Positions 11,082 through 23,499 of a stretch of DNA of 64,000 nucleotides are shown here, one piece after another (the first letter of the stretch is position 1; the number at the start of each line of letters is the position of its first letter). Made by a program: the position numbers and the translations under genes. The stretch spans positions 2,666,001 through 2,730,000 of the forward strand of contig CP089278.1 in the NCBI GenBank assembly GCA_023920165.1, in the 5' to 3' direction. Below the pieces are notes generated by a model. It was not told where the DNA came from. It saw only the letters and a list, made by a program, of their open reading frames with translations, and searched no databases. Origin of the DNA: Curvularia clavata. Lineage: Eukaryota.

Positions 11082-12814
11082 TCAAGGCCTTCCAGGCCCC
11101 AGTCCACCAGCCCACCAACCTGACTCGACCCAGGATCTGTTCTCCGCATGTGCCGTCTCTACCGCACGAACAAGCTTCCTTCTGTCAAGATGCAAGTCTT
11201 CATGTCCGTTGGTCAGCTCAGACGGTGTCCGTTGCCCGGTGCGTGGCCTGTATGGACTATAACTGGTTTCTGACGCGGCTGCTTCGGTATCCGAGGTGGA
11301 AACTGGTGTCGATGACCGAGGTGTCGAGAAATTTGGTGAAGGATTGTTCTCGGGAAAATACGTGCTGGGTATAATACCGAGGATGCGACCAGCTGCGAAA
11401 ACGCAACCACCGACTGCGTGTCTGATGAGAGAGTCGCCAGTAAGGCTACCGGTGATGAAAACATCTCTGGCAACTTCAAGGGAAGTGCTCTCAGCTTTGG
11501 AGCGAAGCGTGCGACCTGAGATTAGATGGTCTGAAGATAGTTCAACAGGCGCATTGCCAGGTGTACTCAGGACCTCTGATTGTAGCTCAGGGGATAGGAA
11601 GTCGAGTGTACCGCGTCTTCCTACAACGTAGGCTAAACCACCTACCTCGCGCGTAACAATCTCACCCGAAGACAGCCGTAGTTCAACCTTAGCTCCATTC
11701 CCAAAAGGGTATGCGTTGATCACTTCCGCTCCAGGTAGACCTTCGTAAAGAGCCCAATCACGGTGCTGGAAGGCGCTAGATCTTCTCCTTGCATAAGCTG
11801 GCCTTCCGTTTTTGCTTTTTTTCGAAGATGCGATTGCTGCCAGCTTCATCTGCCGATAGACCGTAGCATATTCTGGATAAGCAGTATGATGGCACCCCCG
11901 AAGTGGAGACGGTCGCTTCTCCGGATCCCACTGATAGATATGTATAATCCTCCGTCTTGGCGGTGCAGATATAATGACGTCAGCAGCAGAAAATCCGGAC
12001 CCAATGACAAGTAATGGAGCTTCCGGTAAATCAAGCTGCGAAATGGGGTCAAGCAGAGGCGGTGGTGGAATGGTGACTGTAAAAATGCCAGATGCAAGCA
12101 CAAGATGTCTGCATTGTATTCCCAGACTGCCAATGGAAAAGCCCTTGACCGTGCGGTAGACATGCTCAGCCTTGAGCCCCGTAAGCACGCAGTTGGCTAT
12201 GCCTACAGCCTCGGGATACGCCTGAAGATAGTTTGCAACTTCAGTCCTCGATGGACGTACGAATTCCGTCTCGTCTTTTTTACCAATCCTGACTAGATGG
12301 TCCGCGTATGAGTAGCCCGGAAGGCTGAGCTGCTCAGCATAACTAAGAGTCCCAATGTGAGCGCTCGCAGAGGGTGCATCGTCGGCCCATTGTCCACCAG
12401 CATGCGCGGTCTCGCCAATGGCAAGATGTGGGATGGCCTTGTCAGGCTCGTATCGCCATTCGATGCATGATTTGGGGTTCAATTCAGTGTCGGCGTTTGG
12501 TCGGATCAGAGTATCGAGAAGCGTGTTTACAGGTAGCGCCTGGGTCGAGTAGCGCAGAGAAGACAGGAAATGCGCGTAGAGATCTGGGGTTAGGTGAAGA
12601 AGATTGGGCGCATTTTGGAGTTTTGCGTCCAAGATCGCGTCATGATGGCCGCCGATATAGTAGGGAATGTGCCCGTGCAGTATGTAGGAGAGGATGAGGG
12701 CAGATGGACCATTGCCTGCATTTGTAATCAGTACCTTGTTCAGGAATGCGGTTCAGCCGGGGTCTGGCTACCAATGATCACCGTGTCGACGCATTTCGGA
12801 AACGAACGAGCCAT
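11082..12814 (-). CDS. FAD-dependent oxidoreductase, OSGIN1/2-like; exons 12814-12772, 12715-11082
   Basis: Spliced N-terminus MARSFPKCVDTVIIG|NGPSALILSYILHG gives the FAD-binding fold. Also GGQW, LVLASG, LLVIGSGFSAAD and GSLTGD motifs. Confidence 0.8.
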
Positions 12815-13502
12815 GGACTATTGCAGCAGTGTGCCATGAGGAAAGGAGGGAGAGAAAAAGGTAGGGAGAGATTCTCGGGAGACAGGCGGCAGGGGACATC
12901 GGTAGTGTATGTCTTCACCATTACGGCGACGGTAAATCTTTTGGCGCTAGGCGCGGTCCTTGTTTGTGCCGCAGTGGGGGGCGTGTCGGGGTCTGCCTTC
13001 CAGATTGGAGGGGTTGGTTGCGAGGCTACCCGGCGTCGCGCTGACAGAGTGATCGAGGTACCGTAACTTGGGCCATTACAGGGACGGTGGGGGTTGCGTG
13101 ATTGACGCAGCACAGGAACGCGTGAGGTACACAAGATGCGTAGGGACTAGCATGAGGTCACACAGGCTTGCATGCATGTAGGCTTGCAGCATGCGGGGCA
13201 TGACAAAGCAACTACGTTCATGCTATTGCTATAAATGCCCAAAGCAAATCTGGGAAAACAAAAAACTAACTATGGTATCTCTTCTCAAAACGACAGTGCT
13301 TCGACCCATGCTGGCTGTGAAGACCAACTACTAGAACCTGGCCCAACAGGGCAAAAATTACGGTGCTTTCTTGGTGATTTCAAAGCAACGGCGTTGGCCG
13401 CCCGTGCAGCCGTGTGGGCATCGGGCTGGCACGCTACCCCACACTGGCTCGTCCGTAGTTGGCCCGCTAACCAATCCATGATCACATCGACAACGGCATT
13501 TG

Positions 13503-15075
13503 CTAGTATCTGTACGTTATTGTGTTACGCTCAGCAATCGGCGACACGTCATGAGGCTGCTGCTGCGGCACGTTGCTCTCGGGTGTCTGTAGACGTTGGG
13601 TGCGCGGTCGCATATGCTCATCCTCCTCAGTAATGGATGCCTGGGCACCATGCATTGTCAAGTTGTTTGCGGAACTCTCTTGTCGGCCTAGATAAGAGGG
13701 AGTCGAGTGGTAGCCAGGATTGTACGAGCTGGGCGAGCCAGCGTGATCACTTGTCGCTCTAGGGTTTGGAGGCGCAGGTGCAGACGTGTAGTGATCGGCA
13801 AATGGATTATCCTCTGGCGCGCTCGAATTGCTCGGTGCGGCGGGTTGGGGGGGTGCCATATTGACAGGAGCAGCAGCAGCAGTAGCAGGGGGAGGCGGTG
13901 ATGTGGGCGCGTCATTCTGCGGTGGTGTGTACGACTGTGGAGGGACTGCAGGTGGAGCATTGCCGTTTGCAGATGTTGGAGAGGGCGACGCACCCATGAG
14001 GCGACGGGCCTGGAGGACTGCGCGCTGGTGCTTGGAGGCGGCAAGAGAGAGTTGTTCATTTGTTTCAATGAGCGTAAGCATGGTATCGTCGTCGGGCGCG
14101 GGACTGTCGCAGGCAATGTAGCCCTGTATACTACGCTGAGCAGCGGTACAGCGTTCAGCAAACTCCTTGACCAGGTCGTTGGTTAGGAGCTCATTGGGCG
14201 GGGTCGATTGTACAAATTGCAGGAGCAGCTTCGCCGACGTACGCGCTTCTTCAATGCGACCTGCGAGCTCAGTGGGCGGCGGCAACGTCTTGGACTGCGA
14301 TCTGCTGCTTCCTGAGTTGAAGCCGCCCTGGATATTCTGCGAACCAGACCATCCAGGCGCATTCAGCGTTCGGGGGCTGAATTGCTTTGCAGCGCTGGCC
14401 ATGAGCCCCTTTTCCTTCTTGTACATGGCGAAGAGGGTGCTCAGATTGGCATCATAGCCCTTCTCTCGCTCCAGGGAATCCAAAGTCTCCTTTGTGATTT
14501 GCGCAACGCTGGGGTCTTGTCCATTGCGCAAAAGGTGCTTGACGGTGTCAGCAAATGGCTTGTCAAGGTTCTTGGTGAAGGACGGGCCCGGGTTGTCGGC
14601 GAGTATCCGGATGAGCATAATAGCATTATACTGGACATGAGCGCGGGTGTAGTATTCTTTGGAAAGAAAGGTACGGATCTGTCTGGCAGCTGCGGCAGCG
14701 GCAGCAGGGCTTGCGACGGCGGACTCGACAATGGTTGGGAGATGGAGCACTTCTTCGCCCTGGAGATTGGGGTGTCGTCAGTGGGGGGTCGAGCAAGGCA
14801 AACAGCTTGGGACGGGACATACCGAGTTGGCGGCGCCCGACTCGCAAAACAGTCTCTGGGAGTTGTTAGCTTGAGAGAGTATGCGCTGGCGAGACGAGGT
14901 GGCTTACCACTCCCCTAGCAGCATTTGCTTCTGGCGTATCGGCGTTTGCGTCTGGGCGGGCCTCCTGGGGCGATGGCGCTGTCTGTGTCAACGTGGTACT
15001 CGAAGTATGGATGGGCGACAAACAGGGACGCTTGCGCATCAAGCTGCCCAAGTTGAGGCGCTTCTTGAGCTCCAT
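13503..15075 (-). CDS. VHS-like/GAT domain protein with Pro-rich tail (membrane trafficking adaptor-like); includes a 33-nt exon 14855-14823; last exon 14759-13503
   Basis: Spliced DTPEANAARGV|RLFCESGAANS|GEEVLHLPTIVES. GAT-like segment RIEEARTSAKLLLQ...LIETNEQLSLA. A first in-frame intron near 14962-15023 is uncertain. Confidence 0.78.
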
Positions 15076-15597
15076 GACTGAGATGGTGGGCGAGGGCGGA
15101 TCTGCGGTGTGAAGAAGAAGATCGCCGGTGATGTAGGGAGGGCGCAAATCAGCAGCTCGGTGCGGCACGGAAGCTAGGCGATTGCAGGGCGTGGGCGATA
15201 GTTGTACGTGTATTTGTATGGTTGTATATAGGGGAGATATGGACCAAGTTGTGCAGGTAGCAAAGAGACGAGGCGTCCAGCATGCACGCACGCGGTGCTG
15301 TGTTCCCGCGCGGAGCGGACGTTGCTAGGTAAGGCGTTTCTTAGCCGCCCAGGCCGTGACAGGCGGGCGACGTCAACCGCCGCGTACAGCATGCCGGTTG
15401 CTTGCTGGCTGACAGCCACTACGAGAGCCATGATACGCGGCCTCGACGGCGGAGGTGTGCCAAGCCGAGCTGCCAGTCTTGAGTGCGGTCCGATAGTGAT
15501 AGCGTGCTGCTGCTGGACCCTTTGCCGGGGGCGGCGATACAAAGCTTAGTGCAAGAGAGACGCGGGGCATGCTTGCGTGATGCCTTTCTTGTACCTC

Positions 15598-15611
15598 TGT
15601 GTGTGTGTGTG
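15598..15611. repeat. (TG)7 microsatellite
   Basis: Read directly. Confidence 0.8.
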
Positions 15612-16253
15612 ACTCGACGGCTCTGCTCTTGGCAACATGGACATCTCTCACGCATTTCTATTCATCTGAACACGCATGAGTCAGCCAAGATACACTCACA
15701 CCCCATGTGCAGCCTGCCATGCCGCTGCCACTACACCTACACGCCTAAAGTACATGCTGGCTGGAGATCCGCCGGCTCGAGTAGCCCAACTGCTATGCTT
15801 GCGCCACTTGCGCTGCTCATGACACAGCCAGGCTGCCACCTATCCACACAACCACCCATCTCTTGACGTCTACAGTCCTTCGCCACCTCCCTCAGCCACC
15901 GCTAAGCTGTGCACCTATACACTCCCGCCATCTCGCCTCGATACTACTTTGTATGTCGCGGACGCTGCAACAGGCGGCAGGGGCCTGAGACCCGCTTCTT
16001 CGGCAGGCGATCGCCCTTACAGCATGCGGCGGCCGTGGCTTGGCTAGACGTCATTCCTCATGCGCACTCGCTCCCTCTTGCGAAACAGCTCGTCGACAGC
16101 CACTCAGAAACGCCTGGTCAAGTGCTAGTCACATAGTATATGACCTCGACAATGGCCGTGGCCCCCTCTCTCGTCCCGTGCCTCACTTCTTCCTCCTGAC
16201 CCTCCACCCACCACAGCCATCCGCCCCTCTGCCTAGCCATCACCTCCTACAAA

Positions 16254-17483
16254 ATGGCGCCTGAATCCGCTGCTGCCATGGCAGGCCGTGCCCGCATGCA
16301 TGCTGAAGAAACCCCTCAGGAGCGCGCTACCAGAGAACACTCCAACTTTGCCTCGTTTGAAAAAGACATGCCTAAACTCGCAAACCGCTTCAGCTTCTCG
16401 CTCAAGGACAACCTTTCCTCGTACCTTGGACGCAAGAATCCTTTTTATTCGTCCGTCAACCCCAAGACCGACTATGTCTGGATCCTCGATAATACCGCCT
16501 ACCAGAACCGCCTAGGCAGGTGGAAGGCTGAATTCGTTGCCTGCTATTTCGTCAAAGACAGTGGCAAGGATCTTTCCAACATCGTTGCCTGGGTCAGCGA
16601 GAAGATTGGCCTTGCAGATGACGAGCAGGCCAAACAGACCGTCGCAAGGAGACTGCAGCCTTTTGCTGACCAGATTCTCCCCGCTCATTCTGTTGAGATC
16701 GACCTCCTAGGCTTGTCTGCCAGACTGGGCCCCAGTGGTCGCGATGGCATCAGCGTGGATGAATTGGCCATACCTGGCAACGACCACAAAGATGGCCAAG
16801 TCACCAGACTCCAGGCTGTCGACGACGCTGCCACCCCCTTCAACATCACCTTTGCTAAATCCAAGGGCTGGGCCGTCCTCTCCGACATCGATGACACCAT
16901 CAAGAAGACTCTTACGCCATCGCCTGTTGGTATCTTGACGACTACTTTCGCTGAAGAGCCTGAACCCATCAAAGGAATGCCAGAACTATATAAGCATATT
17001 GTACAGAAACTCGACAACCCGCCTTTCTGGTATCTCTCGGCCTCACCATACAACCTATATCCTTTCCTGCGCAAGTTCCGCGACCAGTACTACCCCAACG
17101 GCACCATGATCCTGCGCGACGCCAGCTGGATGAACCTTGCCGGCTTCCTCGCCAACCTGACCCAAGGCACCGAAGCCTACAAGGTCGATCGCATCGAAAA
17201 GGTCAACTCATGGTTCCCCAAGCGCAGGTTCATCCTTATTGGTGATTCTACCCAAACAGACCCAGAGTCGTACGGCGAAGCCTACCGCAAGTTTGGCTCA
17301 AAGTGGGTGGGCGCCATCTACATTCGAAGGGTCACTGGCGTGTCCGAGATGGATGAGGGCACAAAGAACAACCCTGAACGATTCGAGAAGGCCTTCAAGG
17401 GTGTGCCTAAGGATGTATGGTCCATCTTTGACGATCCGCAGGAGCTGTATGCCAAGATTGATGCCTTGCCTGAGATCAAGTGA
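16254..17483 (+). CDS. APP1: App1-like phosphatidate phosphatase (HAD DxDxT; DUF2183)
   Basis: 409 aa intronless ORF with good Kozak context (CAAAATGG). Motifs SDIDDTIK, YLSASPYNLY and LIGDSTQTDPESY. Confidence 0.82.
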   Translation: MAPESAAAMAGRARMHAEETPQERATREHSNFASFEKDMPKLANRFSFSLKDNLSSYLGRKNPFYSSVNPKTDYVWILDNTAYQNRLGRWKAEFVACYFVKDSGKDLSNIVAWVSEKIGLADDEQAKQTVARRLQPFADQILPAHSVEIDLLGLSARLGPSGRDGISVDELAIPGNDHKDGQVTRLQAVDDAATPFNITFAKSKGWAVLSDIDDTIKKTLTPSPVGILTTTFAEEPEPIKGMPELYKHIVQKLDNPPFWYLSASPYNLYPFLRKFRDQYYPNGTMILRDASWMNLAGFLANLTQGTEAYKVDRIEKVNSWFPKRRFILIGDSTQTDPESYGEAYRKFGSKWVGAIYIRRVTGVSEMDEGTKNNPERFEKAFKGVPKDVWSIFDDPQELYAKIDALPEIK

Positions 17484-17996
17484 GTATAGGCTACTGTGGT
17501 TGAACACGATAACATGTTGCCTTTGCCAGCGGAGAACGGAGGAGATTTCGTTTGTTGTACTTTTGGTTTTCATCTTGTGATACCACTTTTTGAAACTTGG
17601 TCATTTGTCTGTTTTCTTACTGTATGGCGTTGGCTCGTACACATCTTGCTATTCCTTTTTTTCTTGCTATAATGACATGAATACTACAACGTTGCATTTG
17701 TTGTTTACCAGTCATGTTTCTTCCATACTTTCTTTTTTATTCACATACATCTACACGACGCCTGTTTTTTTCATACATCTATTCGGACTCCTGTTAGGAA
17801 ATATACCCGTCATGTGGCATACGTATAACGTATCCGCGATTCAATATATACCTATGAGTAACAATATTTCGCGATCTACTACCTTCTCTAGTAACAACAG
17901 CAATACCGGTGAACTATATCAACTGTCCCACACAAGCTTCATATTTGTACCTTCTCACCGTCAACTCTCACTTTGCTTACCCACTGCCTACAAATC

Positions 17997-18197
17997 ATGT
18001 CCGAAAACGCCACCTACACCCAAGGCCCCGACCCACTCGCCCTGTACACTCTCCTGGTGCTCAATACAGGCATATGCGGCTACTTCTTCTTCATGGGCCT
18101 ACTCGCAGTGCGCGTGTGGTTTTACCGCGGCGCTTTGGGACCTGCACTGCAGCCGTCTAGCGAAACACCAAGCACAACGAGTTTGACGAGTAGATAG
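17997..18197 (+). CDS. Candidate 66-aa single-pass membrane microprotein
   Basis: CAAATCATG start after a CT-rich leader. Hydrophobic stretch LALYTLLVLNTGICGYFFFMGLLAVRVWFY. C-ending codons and an AT-rich 3' flank. Confidence 0.45.
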   Translation: MSENATYTQGPDPLALYTLLVLNTGICGYFFFMGLLAVRVWFYRGALGPALQPSSETPSTTSLTSR

Positions 18198-19075
18198 TAA
18201 AGAATGTAGTAACTTAGAAATAAGATAGAGACTATATATGAAAAGAGATATTCAGGCCGTTATATTCATTAATCCCGCCACGTTTTCCTGCCTTGTGACT
18301 TAACACTTGTTCCGGATTTCCCATGATTCCTCCACCATTACGCATGGCTTTCTACCCCTTGCGTGGTTTCTTTCTTCCCGTTCGCTGAAGCCGCGACGCT
18401 CAAGCAACGGTGTAGTGTGTGCGATGCGCGAGCCGGGTAGGACTCAAGCACATGCAGACACACACCGAGCGTGCATCAAGCTGCTTCTTTCCTTTGTTCA
18501 TTTCTTCGTTCGTTTCCTGTTGTCCGTTTCCTTGTCCACTGGGGTGTATAATGCGCAGTAGACGGAGTCCTAGGGCTGAGCAATAATTGAACCAATCTGA
18601 CTGGCGTAAGCACTTGGAAGGAATTTTGATCGTGTCGATTCCTGCAAGTGTTGCACCGCCAGATCTGCTACGAGTCCGTGCCCAGATGGTGTCCCACGCC
18701 TCCGCCTGGCTCCAAAAATCATGAGCTTTCCGTTTGGGTAATAGAGTAGAGAGTTGTCTTGTGTGTTCCAATTTCCGTGTATCGTCTTTGATGCATGGGT
18801 GCAGCAAAAAAAAATTTTGTCGGTGTCGACAAAAGCGGATTAAGGTCGGTCGGTCTCGACAACAACAAAACAAAAAAGGGGCGGGCGAGAACACTTGCAA
18901 CACTTCCTCGGTTCTAGAAGCACCAAGTGTATACAGCGAAGTGATGCTCTCACCGCTTCTAAACCCCCCACCCGCCTGCAACAAGACCAAAAAAAGTGGG
19001 GTCGGGGATGCGCGGACGATGCACAAGAGTGGAGAATGGGTATACAATGCTGCAGGTCGAACCCGGGCCTCTTAA

Positions 19076-19480
19076 TCAAGGGTCTTCGTAGTCGTAGAAG
19101 CCATCAAAGAGATCCGTGACGACCTTGAGCATGGGCTCCATCAGGCACCGCTCATCCTCGGGCAATCCACCGAAAATGCGTAGTCGTTGCGTCTCCAACT
19201 CTTGCTCTACCTCGCGCTGATGGCGCAGCCGTGTCTGCCATGCTGTGTACGTCTGATGCCAGTGGTTTGCGGGCACGTTGGCGAGCGGGCAGCCCAGGGG
19301 CTGGAAGCAAGAGCTTGTTGGCGAAAGAGTTGAAGAGGAGGCGGTGCTGACCGACTCGCTCCGAGTGTGAATTGGGATTGGTGTTGTTGTATTAATATTC
19401 AGGTTGTTGATATTATTATTGTTATTGTTGCGGTTCCTGGGACGGCTTCTGGTTCGCTTTCTGTTGTGACGTTTGCCCAT
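19076..19480 (-). CDS. Hypothetical 134-aa protein with basic NLS-like N-terminus and poly-Asn tract
   Basis: MGKRHNRKRTRSRPRNRNNNNNN...CLMEPMLKVVTDLFDG. TATATAA at 19665-19671 (-) and TGACTCA at 19728-19734 upstream. Confidence 0.65.
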   Translation of the reverse strand: MGKRHNRKRTRSRPRNRNNNNNNINNLNINTTTPIPIHTRSESVSTASSSTLSPTSSCFQPLGCPLANVPANHWHQTYTAWQTRLRHQREVEQELETQRLRIFGGLPEDERCLMEPMLKVVTDLFDGFYDYEDP

Positions 19481-21041
19481 AGCGTCTCTTTCAAAGTCCT
19501 TGTCGGCTGTGGTGTTGAATAGCGCCGTAGATGAGATTGGGGTCGAGTGGTAGTAGTGGTGGTAAAGAGGAGAGATATGTACGGAGAGAGGTGGGGCGAA
19601 AAGCCGCAAAGGCGGCTAATAATCGCAGTAGAGGCAGGCATAGAAGGCAGATACTTTGCAGCCCTTATATACGCAGTTGGGATGGCATCATTCATGCAGG
19701 TACCCTACCAAGCTGTAGGCTGCAGGGTGACTCAGAGCCGCGCAGTGGTGTGACGGGGATGTGGAAGATGGACAGTGACAGCGAATGGCGGCCCGCTGTC
19801 GCTGCCGGCCCATCGCGTCATTGGTCAGCTGCCGCTGCCGAACTTCGGGCTCTGCAAGAGTCATGCCTGCTTCTGGCCAACACACCTAAGGCTCTTCACC
19901 TCCTTCTTGCCCAAACAACTCATCATCAATCTTCTGCGCTTGACCTCCTTTTTGCTTCTTCGCCTCGGTCCCAAGTGGCGAAGCCCACCATGTCTGTCCC
20001 CAGGCTGCTGAGACACAGCCCCCCAAAACCGGTTTCGCCCTGCCTGGCCCAGTCACAAAGACACCCGCCAACATATGACTCTGCTGCGAACACCACATGA
20101 CACAAAACGACAGGAATAGCCTCCTCCTGGCAACACCGCCATGTGCCTGGCCAGCTCCGTGCCATGACCATGACCCCGGATAGAAGGCGGTAGAAAATCT
20201 CAACATCCGCGCTCTGGCCGCCATGGGGTCGAGCCTTGACGGGTAGCCGGGCTGCGTGGGCATGCCACATCACGATGTCGACCGCCATGTCACGTCGCCG
20301 CCCATGCCTACACCACAGGAACGCTTCCAAGGTTCTTGACACCCATTTCGTCCCAAACGGCCGGGGTACGCACCTTTCGTCCTGACATGTCCTACGTCAT
20401 GGATACGTGAAGTCGTTGACCAGCCTTGTGCTCCTGACTGATTGTACCTCGTGCGCCATAAGGAAAAAATACTAGTACCAAGTCTGTTCCAGCATCAGGG
20501 CGACGACAGATCCCTCTAGCCTTTTCGGTGCGCTGGGGCGCGTCGGCCCGTTCAAGGCAGCAGACACTTGGGACCACGTGCTCATCACGTGGATAGCCAC
20601 TGGACCTCAATCTTCATGACACAACCTCAGCAGTACTCTGTGTCGACGTTAAACGAGTTCTTCTAATCTCGACTACTCGTCACGTTTTTTTGTATTGCCT
20701 TACACATCGGTGTCTATACGCCTGTTTATGCCGACATCTCACCTCCGGCTCTCCATGTGCATCCGATCCCAACGCAGCACTAGCGGAACCATGTCCACCA
20801 CTTGAAACCATCAAAAGTGCTGCAACGCGTAAGCCGAACCTTGATCTGCTTTTGAATATCCTATTTGTGCCTCTTTCAGGTACGCTGCGACGTTTTGGGC
20901 ATTCTTGGCTGCATCGCCCATTATCCTGTGCCATCAGCTGCCGTAAGCGTTGAACAAATAAGTAGCCCATGTTTTCTTCTCTCAGCTGAATAAAGTCTTT
21001 GGGTCAATTCCACGCGACTCGTTTGACGTGGCATAACCACC

Positions 21042-21899
21042 ATGACTCTCAACACAAGAGCCCTCCTACTTGGCCTCGGTGTGTAGGTAAAGCCGATCTT
21101 CAAGCCTCACGCTGATTTGATAGCAGTAGCCACTGTCGTGTCCGCACAGTTTGGACATGGACCAAATGACCAATGGGGTCCAGGCTCCTGGGGAATTGGA
21201 GACGACGACGACGATGATGATGACTTCAACATTGGTCCAGGATTTGGCTATGGTGGAAATGGCGGCTTTTCAAACGCCAACTCAGAGTCCCGCCGCAAGC
21301 TCATCGCTGCACATGGCGTTCTCGCCGCTCTCGCATTCGTCATTTTCTTCCCGACGGGATCGATTCTCATCCGCTTGGGAAACTTTCGCTGCCTCTGGCT
21401 CGTGCATGGATTGTTCCAGCTCTTTGCCTACGTGGTGTACCTCGCTGCGTTTGGCATCGGCATCTGGATGATTAACAACACCCCTGTGAATCTAATGGAG
21501 AACAACCACCCAATCGTCGGTATCGTCATCTTTGTCGGGCTGTTCTTCCAGCCCATCCTTGGATTCATCCACCATCTCAAGTACAAAAAGTACAATTGCC
21601 GAACGATCTGGTCCTACGTCCATCTCTGGCTAGGACGCATCCTCATCACGCTGGGAATGCTGAACGGCGGCCTAGGCCTACTGCTTGCTTCTGATGCGCC
21701 CTCTTTTACGGGAATCGCTCCGACCCGCGCTCAGATAATCGTGTATAGCATCGCTGCAGGTACAATGTGGTTGCTTTGGGTTGCTGCGGCTATCTATGGA
21801 GAGAGGAAGAGGAAGGTCTTGAGAAAGGTGGCGCTGAACAACGGCATGGTGAATGAGTTGCCGCCTGTGTACAATCCTAACAAGGAGCGTTATGCGTAA
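21042..21899 (+). CDS. Cytochrome b561-family membrane protein with signal peptide and poly-Asp/Gly-rich N-terminus; exons 21042-21078, ~21124-21899
   Basis: Four heme-ligand His motifs (AAHGVL, LVHGLFQ, NHPIVG, YVHLWLGR) in TM helices. CCACCATG start. Short intron ending TAGCAG. Confidence 0.82.
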
Positions 21900-23499
21900 G
21901 TAGGTTGTTCTCGCTCTCATGGAGCTTTTACTAACAAAGCAGCAGCCACCATCTCGGTGCTTAAGCATACAGGATGTTCCGAGTAGAGTTGCTGTGGACT
22001 TACCATGCAGGCGTTTATGATCTTATTTCAATTTTGCGAAATTATGCTAAGTCGACTCTCTTACCTAAACTTACTATAGCACGCTACATTTGCAACCAAC
22101 GCCGTCAGATTGCGGTGTATTTACTGAAATGCAGAAGGCTGAGCAGACAAATTAAGGAATGCGGTAGTATGAGCAGGCATGTAGTCGGGTCACGACATGT
22201 ACGGAGGAAGCAAAGACATAGCAAACTCCATCTTCCTTAAACAAAAAGCATAAGTTCTTGATAGTCACAACGTAACTTTGTAGTGTATGCCTAGATGCCA
22301 GAAAACCTCCACCTGGTGCGTACGTATCGTCATGCCGCAATGTGAATGCCAGCCTTGACCAACCGTAATCTTGGACAAGAAACAGTTTCCTCTAATCATA
22401 CTTGAACCTACCTATGTGTCTTCACTGTTAGCTTTTCTCTCTTTGATACATTAATACGCGCACAGAAATCACTTTCAAAACTCGCCTCCGTGCCATTAGC
22501 GCCACTTCTGCCACTTCTCTTGAATGTGTACCCTCTATACAATAAAGAAAATGGAAAATTAAACCTCATACCACTTTTGTCCTCTCAATCACGAAGCTCT
22601 CTGTGCTTATTGTTCCAATAGCGGTTGCCAAAAAGCACTGATGTTTTAAGAAATCCTCTGAATGGGCGAATTATTGACGTGATGAAAACAACTGTGCAGC
22701 TACAAATATATTTAGGAATTACGTCTTTGTTTCATTGAGCCTTAAAGTTTCAGATCTTATTAGATATATCTAATGCATGTCTGCAGTTTTCTCCCTTAAC
22801 CTAGTTTGGATTACTGCATTCTACTACTTGTTTCTAACCAGGATACTGTATGAGTAACAAAAATGGATAGGAGACAGTTCAGATGGTACGAGAATGATGC
22901 AGAGAGATACTCTTAAAGGTGTACTATAGCAATTGGAATAGATGATGAAAATTTAAGTCTATTCATATTGGTAGAAAAGGGGGCATTTATCTGATATTCT
23001 AAACAAGTTTAGTATTATTTAGACCCGAAGACTCAAAGCAAATTGTCGAGTGAAATACTGTTTCCCTCTCTATTAGAAGCATCCAATCATATACCCTGAC
23101 GTACACCTCTCCACCTCCTCATATCAAGTAATAAAAAAGTAAGGTGGGGAACACTACTTGAATCGCGTAATCTTACATTCATCTACTACAGCTACTTGCA
23201 TTCGCGACATCATTCTATGTAAATGCAAATACACCTTCCCATCTCCCACAACACTGCGATGATATGCCAAGCTACATCCATGCAAAGCGAATTCCCTCCC
23301 AGAACCTCCAAAAAAAAAGTCGTCTCAATCTCTTATGCAAAAGCCCCATGGAAACAGAACAAAACAAGATAAAAAGCCGAAGCCCAAGAGACGCTCATGC
23401 TCCATCTATACAAACACGACACCCCCCCCAAAGAAATGTCATCTCTACTCCAGCAACCATATCGAAAAACCGCCTCTCAATCACATCATCCCAACTCCT

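Noticed and set aside
17590..18186. 198-aa ORF
   Set aside because: Non-ATG start through T-rich 3' UTR sequence of the App1-like gene. Composition is non-coding.
19050..19085. tRNA-like GGTTCGA (B-box) on the minus strand
   Set aside because: No T-stem partner or cloverleaf. It abuts the end of a coding ORF.
22300..23260. AT-rich ORF-poor stretch, possible RIP-degraded element
   Set aside because: No terminal repeats, target-site duplications or transposase/RT remnants recognisable.
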